A stretch of DNA of 46,702 nucleotides from Ionaspis alba (Eukaryota). This document shows positions 32,999-45,028 of the stretch, one piece after another (position 1 is the first letter of the stretch; the number at the start of each line of letters is the position of its first letter). The notes under the pieces are model-generated. The model worked only from the letters and a program-made list of their open reading frames with translations. It was not told where the DNA came from and did no database searches. The stretch covers positions 1-46,702 of the forward strand of contig CAXUUL010000048.1 in assembly GCA_964255285.1 (NCBI GenBank), in the 5' to 3' direction. The position numbers were made by a program, and so were the translations under genes.

Positions 32999-34629
32999 AT
33001 GAGGCAGATGGTTCGCGCGTGCTTTGCTGGTAAGGCGCGTCACCTTAGCTCGTTCTCCAGCAGGACTCGCAGCTTTCCCAAATGGTTCCGCAAGCTTCAC
33101 ACGACTCCACCATGCTCCACGGACGGTGTCTTCGCAGCATTGACCGAGATGCGAGTGAAGACTCCATGGGTCGAGGCCTTAAGAAAACAGAGGGAAGAGG
33201 CTTCAGGCCGTGTCAAGCAGCCTAGTATACCAGTATCACCGGCGGATCGTCGTCTGAGACCAAAGAAAATGTCAGCCAGTTACCATCGAATTGTACGAAT
33301 AGTACTGGAAAGGGTAATTGCTTCTGACTGACTGATACAGGTATAGGTGCTACCTCTTGCTCAAGATCCATGGCTTTTAGACAACTATCTCAATGCCAAC
33401 GGGCACATCAGGAAAGCAGAGTGACCAACTTACTAGTGATCAACCACTACTAATATCTTACAGACTTGGTACCATTTTCATGGATCTTGATGCTCTATCT
33501 GGAGTTATTGCTTACAAACACACTGGAGAGTCCGTGACAACAGTGACTGCCGCCGTTGACCGGATCACAATTAATCATCCATTGAAAGAACTCTGTGATC
33601 TGGAACTATCGGGGCAGGTGACATATGCCACCGGAAGGAGCAGTATGGAGATATCTATACAAGTTGCAAAGGCTCCGGAGAAGGGTGCTAAGGTCAAGAA
33701 AGAGGATGTGCTCATGACCTGCGCATTTACAATGGTCTCTTTGGATCCCTCAACGAAAAAGCCCGTGGCTATAGCTCCATTGCAGATTGACAGTCCAGAA
33801 GAAAGGGAGTTGTTTAACAAAGGAGAGAAAAATTACATGGCAAAGAAGGAGCTAGCAAAGACGACGTTGAGGAAGCAAACGCCGAACGATCAGGAAAGCG
33901 ACCTGATCCATGCTATGTGGCTGAAGCAACTGGAATACCACGGTACAGCGCATATCTCCACTCTCTACGAGGACTTAGGCGCTTGACTATACCGTTTTCT
34001 TGCCAGTAGACTGACAACTTCTTACCACAGATCCTAACATTTCTACACGAAAGCCTGATAACGAGGTGTACATGGACCTCACCCGTCTTCACTCTTCTCA
34101 AATCATGCAGCCTCAATACCGTAATCGACATAATTTCATGATCTTTGGAGGCTTCCTCCTCAAGCAGACGTTTGAGCTAGCCTTTTGTTGTGCTGCTTCA
34201 TTCTCCCATACACGCCCAACGTTTGTCAGCTTAGACCCGAGCACTTTCGACAATCCTGTTCCAGTAGGATCAGTCCTGTACCTCACGGCTACGGTGGCCT
34301 ATACGGAGCCGCCCCAACTACACAGTACTTCGAACATAACCGCGGCTGATGGAGTCGATGCTCCAAAATACACAAGGGTTCAAATTCGAATAGATTCAAA
34401 GGTCCGCAACATCGAGCACGGGGAGACAAAACCGACCGGACAATTCAACTACACGTTCCTAGTAGAGAGGGATATAAAGGTAATGCCTAGGACATATTCC
34501 GAATTCATGATTTGGATTGATGCCAGGCGAAGAGCTCAGAGGGTCAGCGCCAGCATTGACGGCACGGGAATGACGGAGCAGACAGGGTTTAGGCATGATG
34601 ACGGGAAGAAAGACCGGGTGACTGAATGA
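32999..34629 (+). CDS. Double-hotdog acyl-CoA thioesterase (ACOT9-like), probable mitochondrial presequence
   Basis: Exons ~32999-33292, 33347-33411 (or 33420), 33464-33942, 34031-34629. Motifs LGTIFMDLDALSG, VTAAVD, TGRSSMEI and QYRNRHNFMIFGGFLL. Arg/Ser-rich N-terminus; the start could also be 32978 or 33008. Confidence 0.88.
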
Positions 34630-35051
34630 GATTCGGAGCAAGTCTGCGGACTCGGCAACGTGTTTCTTGCCACAGAGCGTTTGAGACGTGGCTACGGAAG
34701 CATGACGCCCTGAATCTTTGCGTCATAGTACCTAGACAGTAGCATGTGTAGCTCCTATAGTAGAAATAAGTTTGAGACAGCTTGAACAAACCGTAAGCGA
34801 ATGCTGCTGGTCCAAACTCCGTCGAATTAATGTCATGTACAAACTGTATAGGGTCACTGAAGCAGGCTGGCGCCCAGGTACTGACAGCATGATGCCATCC
34901 GACCAAGCATGCCACGAGACATCAGATGGATGTCTCCGTCCTGGCCTGCCTGTCCTTAGCAGAACAGCGTTCAGCTCATAGGGCTGAATGATCGAGGAGC
35001 CACTTCAGCCCTACTCGGCCTCGCTCCGATATACGGTTCCTAACTTTGTTA

Positions 35052-35261
35052 ATTACGAGAGTAGCTGCGACAGCTGCATAGCTTGCGTCTGGAAGCTTAG
35101 CAAGAGNNNNNNNNNNNNNNNNNNNNNNNNNNNNNNNNNNNNNNNNNNNNNNNNNNNNNNNNNNNNNNNNNNNNNNNNNNNNNNNNNNNNNNNNNNNNNN
35201 NNNNNNATTACGAGAGTAGCTGCGACAGCTGCATAGCTTGCGTCTGGAAGCTTAGCAAGAG
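35052..35261. other. Scaffold gap (100 N) with exact 55-bp flanking overlap
   Basis: 35052-35106 is identical to 35207-35261. Confidence 0.95.
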
Positions 35262-35276
35262 CAAAAAAACTACAGT

Positions 35277-36010
35277 ATGGCTCTACCTAATGTGTGGCAT
35301 CTACGTACCGTGGCGGAGGCGTCTGCGAAGCCATGTTTTATCTGCTACAAAGCATCGCCAAGCGTGTTGATAACTCCAGACAACAAGGTGAGCCAACCCA
35401 TAATGTCATGCACGTCCAAGTGGTTCTGATGAACTTGTAGGATCACTTCTACATATGTCGGGGGCATCTCACAGACCGAGGATTCTGTAGTCCAGTCATT
35501 GATGAAGCCGAAGCGGCTGCTAAGAAAAAGAAAGAGGAGTTAGACCGTGAGGTTGAACTGATCAAAAAAGAGTACGAGGAGAAGCTCAAGAAGAGGAAGA
35601 AGAAGTCGAAGGACAAGAAAGGGAATGGAAAGGAAGACGACAAGGGTAAAGAGAAAGAGAAGGAGGAAGAGGACGCTGAAGACAAGAAAGCAGAGAAGGA
35701 GAAGGACGACAAGGTAAATTAGCACGATACTCTTAGTCTTTGCTCACACCGCGTATATTGACCAGGCTTCAGATCAATGCCATCACCAGCAAGCAGTCCG
35801 AGTCCAGTGCTGATGACATTCCCCGTATCTATGCCCTCCATAAGTTAATCCCCTTTACCTTTGGACCGTCAGCATCACTGTCTCACATTGCCTAGGAACT
35901 TCTATCAAATGCGTTCTGATAGAATGCGTAATGCAGAGATCTCGAAACGAAACCGAGAAAGACTCAAGAATCCCTCCGCGTTTCCTTCTGTGCCTCGAGG
36001 TGAAATCTGA
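35277..36010 (+). CDS. VFA1: Vps4-associated protein 1 (Vfa1/DUF1742), absent from the ORF track
   Basis: Exons 35277-35387, 35441-35712, 35773-35843, 35896-36010. MALPNVWHLRTVAEASAKPCFICYKASPSVLITPDNKDHFYICRGHLTDRGFCSP, a K/E coil, IYALHKNFYQMR and FPSVP. Confidence 0.87.
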
Positions 36011-37794
36011 AAGCAAAAGCAGGAAAAGAATCTTGCAATGATGGAAGACCGGAAAGAGACTACCCTGCAATCGCAACTTTATGCAATTTGCGTTGCTTAA
36101 GATAAGCAATTGAGATGCTTCTAGACGACTGAATGTGCTCTTCTGTCCGAGTCTCGCCAACTTTGTTGGTCATCTGGCTTGAATGCCTCTGGACGTCTAG
36201 TACTGGACAATACAGTCAGCAGTGGCGTCCGTAAACCAGGACCCTGATCCAGGATGTTCGGTGTGCTCAGTCATTGAAAACTGGACCAACAGAAAATTTC
36301 CTCATCACGATCAATGCCGTCCGTGATTCCTACCTTGGCGGTGAGCTTCGTATACCATATACCAGGAACCCCCTTTCGCATAAAGTTCCTAGAGCCACAA
36401 TACGTACTAACCCGGAATGGCTCTACCATCCCACGACGCGAATACGAAGCCCTATTGGATATTTATTGCTACTCCCTGTGAACGTCTCTTCGAGTCTGAT
36501 CAAGTAACTCAGATCCGAAGCCTCTCAGATCTATACGGCTTCTGGCCTCACCGCTTCTACACACCTAGACGCAGCGGTGGAATCGCGTGTGGTTGTGCTT
36601 AGAGCCGACTCGAACGCCTCGGAAGGCCATACTCCAAGAGTCGGTCGTGCTATTGTCATTGGTACAATGGCTAGAAGCTGTCGCCTAGAGGCAGTACAGA
36701 AAGAGTACATATCTCCGAACCCTGTTGCTTCCTTAACCTATCATTCGGCAAATGTCAAAAGCCTCTGACACAATATCCCTGGTTCTCAACGCCACGAACT
36801 CCCTATCAGCCTTACAATGCTTACGGGGGCTTTTGACGTTTGGGTCCGGGTGCTTCAAAATATTGAGTTGGGAGCCAATCGATCTGTGAAGCTGGGGTCT
36901 GTCTCAGACACGATACTTGGCTTCGGACGGATCGTCGAGTCAATGAATGATGCTCGAGTTGTTGCATCGTTCCACGCAAATCGGTAATCTCTCATCCGGT
37001 CGACTCACAATACCATAACATACATTCGGGACAGATCAGCTGAAGAGAGTGGATCTAATTGCTGTCTGAGCATACTTCAAATACCATAGGTCGACTTACT
37101 GGTGGCTTCTCGGATCAGGTGAAAACCTTTACGCCAACGATGATGCCGTGACTCACCGCTCATGGACTGCAGGTCGTCGGAACAGAGCGATTATCAAGAA
37201 ATGCAAGGTATGAACAGGAAACCCAATATCAATTTTCGTCAACACGCTGTTCTCGTTGGCTGTGATGACATGCGAACATCGGAAGCGAAAATTGTCGTGG
37301 CGGACAAAGTGGCGATATGATGGCAAAAAGTCTTGGCATGCAGCGGCCGCGCAATAAGATGGCAAAAAATGGAGCTTCCGATATGCACGAAATGGTCAGA
37401 AAATCTTTTGAAAAGCTTCCACTGCGGTTACCGTTCAGCTCAACAGGTACCTGTGCCGGCAGCCGATTTGCACGACACTAACGGTACAGGCGTTGACGAT
37501 GGAATACACGTTCGCTTGTGCCCATCACCAGACAACGCTAAGCCTCCTCACGTTTCCATCTCAGTATCCGATGCTCCACAATTTTCGTCCTCAAGCTGAC
37601 GACATATCGTGGAATACACTTTCTATCGTTCTATGGCGACTTTACATCGTTACAACAGATCTCCGATGTCACGATACTTCTCAGCCCCAAAGGTCATGTG
37701 CTCACTCCCAGCCCTCTAGCGCCGCTTGGCCACAAGCGCTGTCCCGGCAAACCCTCTTCATCATGCTCACCCCAAGCCTTCATACGAATAAACG

Positions 37795-39161
37795 TCAGAT
37801 CTTCCCCCCAGCAAGGCCCTTGGTTCTGGATTTGATCTCATCCACCCGCCCGCGCGCTAGACTAATCCCCGGAACGATCCACGCTCCACAGCTGCAGCGC
37901 ATCCCCTGCCATGCATACTTGCCGACATTGGTCTTGCACTTCGCATTCGGGCATTCGAGCCGGCCGTCCAGCTTTCCTTGCTCGAGCTCGGACCGCATCC
38001 AGGAAAGAGGGTCGAGGAAGAGGTGCGCGCATGGCGGTGAAGGGGTTGAAGTGGTGGTCACGAGCGATGAGATGGGTCCATTCGCGATGGACGTGGGTGC
38101 TGGGGACGACTTGGGGCTGTGCGGTATTAGGTAGGCGGAAGTTGCGAGACTGCGTCTGCATTTCCGACATCGGTAGGAGATGGAGTCGTTAGAAGAATCT
38201 GTGCTGGAGGCTTCGTCCTCGAAGCGTATGGAGTCGGGGGCTCGCCCGCAGGCGATGCTGCTTTCGACTTCGCGCTGGTAGAGCCATCGCTGGTACATAG
38301 GTTGACTAGAGATGTCTTCAGGGCAGCCCATCCGGTGGTAGAGTTCGAGTTGTTGCATGAACCCAGGGTTAGGTTCTGCGACAGAGCGGGTCTCGCGGAT
38401 GGTAGTGAGAGCGGCTTCTGGGGTTGTGGAGGGAGAAAGGCTGAGAATGTAGGCGATGATCAGGGTTGCGGAGCGGGACTTGCCCATGGCACTGGTGACT
38501 GGGTATTAGCAGGGCCTTCATAAACGGGATCGTGCCTCGGCATTCGTGCTAGCCAGTAAAGGGGTTTCGCAAAAATAAAAAGCGAAAAATCGAAAAATCG
38601 AAATAGTTGATATTATCCACAGGAACATGGATCTTAAGTCGGCGATCTCGGCGAACAAAATGGTGAGATCGACCGACCAATATGCTCAACGTAAATGCCA
38701 ATATACAACGATTCTGGTAGAGTATGAATCGGATCCAACACAGATTAGTCACACCGAGAGAATGATTACACGAGAAGAAATGAATAGGAAATACGGAGGT
38801 ACAGTCAGCTTCATACCAATGAACAAGGACACCCCCTCCACCATCCAAGCCGTCCTGAATGAAAGCATTGCTCTGAGCAAAGTACTGTAGGATATCCTCG
38901 TCTTCAACATCATCAAGCTCAATAACGAGATGTTTGTAAGGCGCAAATAGATCCGGATCCAGGGGGAGCCTCAATGCCGATAGCACATGGGTTATGTTCG
39001 CAGCCTTGAGAGCTGCGTAACGCCGCAAGGAGAATAGTCTGGTTTCACATTAGGGTTTTAGGGTAAAGGGAGATTGGGGGCAGTGTGGGAGCTCGATGAC
39101 GACTTTTGACTAACCCGCCGATGAAAAGTTCCCCGTGTCCAGAGATCCGGTCGAGCGACAT
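37795..39161 (-). CDS. YVH1: Dual-specificity phosphatase Yvh1 with C-terminal Zn-binding domain
   Basis: Exons 39161-39115, 39038-38817, 38491-37795. Splicing restores VLVHCAMGKSRS; also PNPGFMQQL, CRKCRR, CAHLF, GRLECPNAKC and WQGMRCSCG. Confidence 0.95.
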
Positions 39162-42100
39162 TGCTCCAGTCAAACTGTTGGGAGATGTGATCTGGGTGTT
39201 TTGCAGCTGCTACTGGCTGCACCCAGCGAAGCAACCAGCTGTAGCGCTCTTGCCAGTTCTATATGGCAATCGTGGAAACTGTGGTAATTATCGTTGATTG
39301 AATGATCGTCGTGGCTGTCGATTTGCAATCCTTGCGCGGACTGGAATCACGGAAGATGTCGAAAGATTTCTCGACCGCACTAATGCAGCGCCGCCGATGC
39401 TCTAGAGAACTCCAGTGGTCTCGATTGCAAAGACTCGAATGCTGCTTCACTACTCCCCATTGGCTCGGGCAAAACACTCCTCGCCGTTCCCCAATGCATT
39501 GCTTTACTTCGGTCGTACTCTTCCCCTTTCGATCCGTGGTTGCAGAAGACTCTGAAGAATGGTGGGCAGTACATATGGGAGGTCGATGATCCCATGAAGC
39601 CATCAATCGGGTAACTGGCATTACGAATCACAACTCCCCCGCCCCTTCGGTTTGATGTCCGACCACGGATGGGTGGGCCAGCGAGCTATTCTGCAGCCTT
39701 ACGTACTGCATTACATACTTTGGCCTTACGGTGGGAGGAGCAAGCCGCGCGCAGTTCCCTCTCCGAAGCCCACACTGAAAACGCGGACGAGGCGAACGGG
39801 ACTTCCGCCCTACAGCCTGTGCGGCAACAGCCCTCGCACGAGGCTTGCTGAAGTCCAGATGCTGTTTCGCTTGTTTCTAAAGCTTGTTTCTTACGAGGTG
39901 TTCCACGTGGCTTGGCACTTTTCAGCTTGGTCGGGCTTGCAGTGCCGCGAGAATCAACGAGTGATGTTCCATTAAATCTGTGTGCTCTGGAAAGCTTGCT
40001 GTGGTTTTTTGATGGTGTGTCGATCCGGGCCACTTGTGATTGGGGATGGTCTTGCTAGAGTCTACTCTAGGTCAAGCTTGGTATGGTATTGCGTCAAGGA
40101 GTACGTTTTCTCTGTATGCATGCCTCAGGATCCCACTTGCCCGTCATGTGTTCCGATCGTCGAAGTATTGGGGACAAACTATGCGAGGGACTCGAGCCTG
40201 TGCGACTGCTCTAGTCATGCAGAAAGGCTGATGCAGGACATGACATATCAACGCCAGTCAGATTTCCCTTCCTTCTTGCCTCTCTGCTTACAAGCGAGGG
40301 CAATCAGCAGCGTATATTTTTGGCCAGCACCGTCATCCTTCAGCCGTCCAGAGTAACACGATGCGATATCCCAATACGATATCACTATGAACCTAGTTTT
40401 TGTGGCGGCTGTTGTTTCATTCAAATGAACTCTTAGCTAGCAACGTGGGACTAATTTGCATCAGCAAGTGACTTGTTTTGCCGTTTGGGGCTCACGCCTT
40501 AGAGGGCTGATAGCCTTGAGCTTGGTCATGCTCGGAGTGATGTTACATGACTCTCCGTACGCAGCACGGTAAACGGTAAAGAAGCAGGCCGAATACTATA
40601 AAGACGACAACATCGACCCTCTCGAAGGATTGCACTTTATGGTATTTTGCCTCCGTTGCTTCCCTGTTGCATTCGCGCCCTCGACTTCGGCGTGGCCGTA
40701 AGATCGAAACACCAACAGTACGGACCAGGTCCTGGATAACCTCGATACTCGCTTTCCGACAGAAAGCAATCTCCCAAGTCCGCTCGCCGTCTCACCTTTT
40801 TCTGATCGTTCTGTGACTACAGACAACAAGGAACATCTACTCCTTAACCCCGTTGGCAAATCTATCTCTGCTGAGCCTCGGAGATTCGGATTAGGGAAAG
40901 TTTGGCGGTAGGATCTTTAAGAGGACACCACAATCCTTTGTTTAGGGCTTAGGGTCCAGCGAATATAGTCGGTCAGCCGCCAAGACCCGGCAGCAGAAAG
41001 CAGGCCATCAGGGCGGAAAACCCTCCAGACGCATCCTAGTATCCTACGGCAGACTAAGCCAGGATCGCCCCCATACAAACACAAGTGGCCAGGTTGCCAG
41101 CTCGAGCTTGCATTCGAACGACCAGTCGAACCACTTTTTGGTGACTACCTTCAACTAGTCAACCCGCAACGCCGCGAGCGCGCATGCTTGTTGCTTTAAC
41201 GGCCAATTCCACGCCGGCCCTTGAACGCCTTCACGCACTATCGCAATCCTGGACTTCAGCGTGCTTGTGTTGCACCAAGCTGCCGCTGCTGGTTGCTGCT
41301 TAGTACAAATTGCTTGACCCTCATGCGCGACCAAGTGGCTGTCTAACGTGGCAACCAGGCCTCGATTTTCAACGCTAATTCGCGATCGAGCTGTTGACCA
41401 GAGAGACGTTGTGTGCGGGCCGTGGGATCTGAACTGCAGCAGGGCTTGCTTAGAGACGTAGGCGAGCCAGGCAGGAAGGGAAGGATTGTACATATGCTTT
41501 GTGCGAAGTAGGCTCGGACAATCCTCCAATTCTGCGGTCACCGCTTCCTCTCAACTTCCACTGGCCAGGTGAGACTGGTACTGCCTCGGGGCTCGAAGAG
41601 CGATCCCCTTCGTAGGCGCCGTGATCGTCCACGGGGGCCAATACTTGAGGCTGTTGGCACATCAGGAGCTTCGCCGCTGTTTCTCCTAGGTTGAGAATCC
41701 CTAAGAGATTGGACTGCGCGGCGCAGCTTTGTTGACTTTGTTCGGAACGGCATCACAGCGTTCCAGAAGAAATCGAGTTGCTTCTGAAGCTGAGCAGGAA
41801 ACCAATTAAGGTACTCCGTGCTTTCTGCCCTTCTCACAGGGCTGATCATTACCCCCGCCCAAAGGTAGCAATAATTAAGTCCCACCAAAATATCAACGAT
41901 ATACTAATAACCCTCTAGTCTCGCTGCCAATTACTCCAACCTCGAAAAGCTCCACTGTCGATAAATCAATTCGTTTGATCGTTTTTGTCATTTCGGCTTT
42001 CTGTCACCCATATTTGTTTCTTTTCGTCTCTTTACCGCCTTAACGACTGTTACGAGTATCGGACGACCTTTGAACGCACCTCTTTTTTTTGCCATCCACC

Positions 42101-42251
42101 TACGCACTCCGCATTCTCGGCTCCACCGTCGTCCACCAACCACACTATTGTTGCCACTCGACTTTTCCAAGCTCCCTATGCAGCGTGGGCGCACCTGATA
42201 TACTCGCAACACAATCTTGCTGTCTCAGCTCGTGGCAAAAGTCAGCTTAGT

Positions 42252-45028
42252 ATGGATAATACTCGCGTTACGTCGCCGCCATCGATTCGTGTTGATTTCG
42301 GCCATCCCTACGCCCTGCACAGTCCTCCAAGCAGAAGCTCTATACACTCTTCGAATACCTCGAAACCTTTCTCAAAGTCAGCTTCTCCGAAGTCGATACC
42401 CACTTCAAGAATGGAATCGCCGCCGCCCCCGCTTCCTCCTCCGAGATTTATAAAAGACCTTGCGGTTGGGCAAGATCCAGGCTGGCAATGGGGAAATACC
42501 AATATCAATGGCGCAGGTGGCGGTGCAGTTGGAACTGGAACAGTCAGTCCAGGGTCAAGTTTACGATCTGGTTGGGATAGGCGCATGGACATAGACGAGG
42601 GTATTGAAGACTCGAAAGACCATAGACGAGGCAATTCGACACCTAGGTACAAGTCACCTCACGATACGGATATGTATGATTACACACATCGAGACGAAGG
42701 TTATAGCAGTCTGTCAGGCTCGAGTCTCTTCCAAAAGTCAGTGCACTCCATCTCTTTTGTCAAGATGCCGCCCGCCTATATTCGCTCAAGAGTTATCGTT
42801 ATGCTCACCAGACTTTCTCACTTCATCCACATAATATGTTCTCATCTCGTCTATGATCAATCTTTCACGAATTCACAGTTGGCCAAAGATAGGATAAGCT
42901 GATCGGTCATTCTGCGCAATCTTAGGCTTCACGGTGAACGTCCACTTGAAAGAAGAAACAGGCAGGATTCCTCTCACGCGTACGACAAACAACTTCTCTC
43001 AAAGATCGGTAAACCTAAAACACCCCCACGAGCAAGCACATCAGGAAGTATGGACGCTTCACCCAATTCGAATGCGCCATACTACAACATGCCGCAACAT
43101 CCAAAGCAACTCAACTCATTGTCAACATCCGACAGATCACTCAGTTCATCCTCGGACTCACCCTTCAAAGTTGGCTCGCCATACAGCCGCAAATGGATGG
43201 ACAGCCCGCGGCCGGGCGTAGTATCGCCTGGACTGATTTCGTCTGCTGCAAATGCAAAGAATTACATGGACTACCGCAGTCCAACGCTCGACAACAGTAA
43301 TGCTGCGTCGCCCGTAGCGGAGTCGGAGAGATTTGGCCGTGTTCGCCAGTCGGCACGACGGTCTGACAGTAACGGGTCATTAATGATGACAGGCGGGGGA
43401 GGAGGAAGTGGCAGTGGTTGCAGTGGCTTTGATGATGAAGCCTCTAATAGTAGTGTGGCGGGCAGGTCTAACCGAAGCGAGAACTACGACCAAGGCAGCA
43501 TTTTCCCTACCGAGCCGGATCTGGACTCGGATTTTCCCATGGAAGAGACTGGTGGAATGCGACACCTCCACCTGGATGATCGAGCGCCACTGCATCCCGA
43601 GCTCTTCTCTCCTCCGAAGCAGCAGCTCTCGCATTCTCATTCACGGCTAGGAATGAAACGCAGAGCCTCTTCGCCGCCGCGAGAGTCAGCAGGGGACGAC
43701 AAAGCCCCACCTCAGATTATTGCAGGTGGTGCCGCTAGTAGCGAGCTCTTCCAACGTCGCACCTCGGGCCACCACGACCGACTTTCAGCAAATCGCGCTT
43801 CTCCTGTCCATCAATACCACCCAACACAAAGTTCCCTTTCATCATCGACATCTTCTGGCGGTCTTCGAACCGGCTCATCATACGCGTCTTCTGCCGGTTT
43901 ATCGGTCGGTAGCAGCATAACCAGTGTCTCATCGCACGATAGATCCTCCCCGGGCGGCATCTCACCTCTGTCGGACCAACACAACGGCGTCCGCGATTCG
44001 TCTTACGGCAACTCGGTCTCCTTGGATCCGAACACTCGAGTCACGAATTCCCTACATCAACGCTTACCTTCAGACACCAAATCCGTTGCTTCCATAGCAC
44101 GTAAAATGTCGGCCGACAACATGGGTCGAGGCAATCCTCAGGACGCGCCTAGACTACAGGCTAATGTCCACATCTGTGTCTGCTGCCCTAAGAAACCCAA
44201 GAAGTTTGAAACTCTAGAGGAGCTTCGGTAAGTGGCTGACAGGTCCCGTCGAGTCGGGCTGTGCCGTGTCTTCTAACACTTGTTGTCCACAGTCACCACC
44301 AGAACGAGAAACAATACTTCTGTCTCTACTGCAACAATCGTTTCAAAAATAAGAACGAAGCCGAACGTCATCAAAACTCTCTACACCTCCGCCGTCACTC
44401 CTGGTCATGTGCGACTCTTGATCGCAACTATGAAGCAGCCTTCCACCCCAACACCGCCATTCCACCTCACACAAACTCCAACGCGCCACCTCCACAACCT
44501 GGTGTACTTGCACAGACTGATGTCTGTGGATACTGCGGCCTAGAATTTCCAAACTTCCCTGCACCAGATTGGATCGCGAGAAGTAACCATCTCACAAATG
44601 TTCACAAGTTCGGTGAATGCAACCAGAGTAAAAAGTTTTTCCGTGCAGATCACTTTCGACAACACCTCAAGCATAGTCACGCGGGCACAAGTGGGAAATG
44701 GACGAACATGCTGGAGAATGCTTGCATGAAGGTCGAACCACCACTTACACCCGAGGCACAGAGTCAAGAGCAACTACGCCAGCAGCAACAACAGCAGCAG
44801 GTACACCAACAACAGATGCAGAGTCAATTGCAAGGTCACCTACAAGGTCAACCACTCCAGCAGCAGCAGTTCCAGCCACAACAACTTCCCAGTGCACCAG
44901 TAGCGAACATGACAGGTGGGGGATCAGCTATGAGGCCGATGGGCTACGGTGGTGTTGGTATGGGCATACCAGGTAGCAGTGAACTACAACACCAGAAGAT
45001 CGAAGAGGAACTGCAAGAGGAAATGTGA
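42252..45028 (+). CDS. C2H2 zinc-finger transcription factor
   Basis: Exons 42252-42736, 42926-44227, 44293-45028. CVCCPKKPKKF..H, CLYCNNRFKNKNEAERHQNSLH, CGYC..H..VH and KFFRADHFRQHLKHSH; N-terminal PPPLPPPR and YDKQLLSKIG motifs. Confidence 0.92.
44780..44884 (+). repeat. Imperfect CAG/CAA repeat encoding a poly-Q tract
   Basis: QQQQQQQVHQQQMQSQLQGHLQGQPLQQQQFQPQQ in the TF C-terminus. Confidence 0.85.

Noticed and set aside
9455..34629. Apparent lipid-metabolism cluster (lipase, LOA1, TAZ1, thioesterase)
   Set aside because: Widely conserved housekeeping genes interspersed with unrelated genes. There is no backbone enzyme or shared regulatory evidence.
35052..35261. Apparent 55-bp direct repeat upstream of VFA1
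   Set aside because: Same assembly artefact.
35449..35725. Phe/Ser/Leu-rich minus-strand ORFs
   Set aside because: Antisense shadows of the Lys/Glu-rich VFA1 exon.
37493..38134. 213-aa plus-strand ORF
   Set aside because: Mostly antisense to YVH1, non-ATG start and no recognisable motif.
39050..39070. TTAGGG-like telomeric repeats (also 40942-40954)
   Set aside because: Only two non-tandem units each. The first is the pyrimidine/branch-point region of YVH1 intron 1 on the minus strand.
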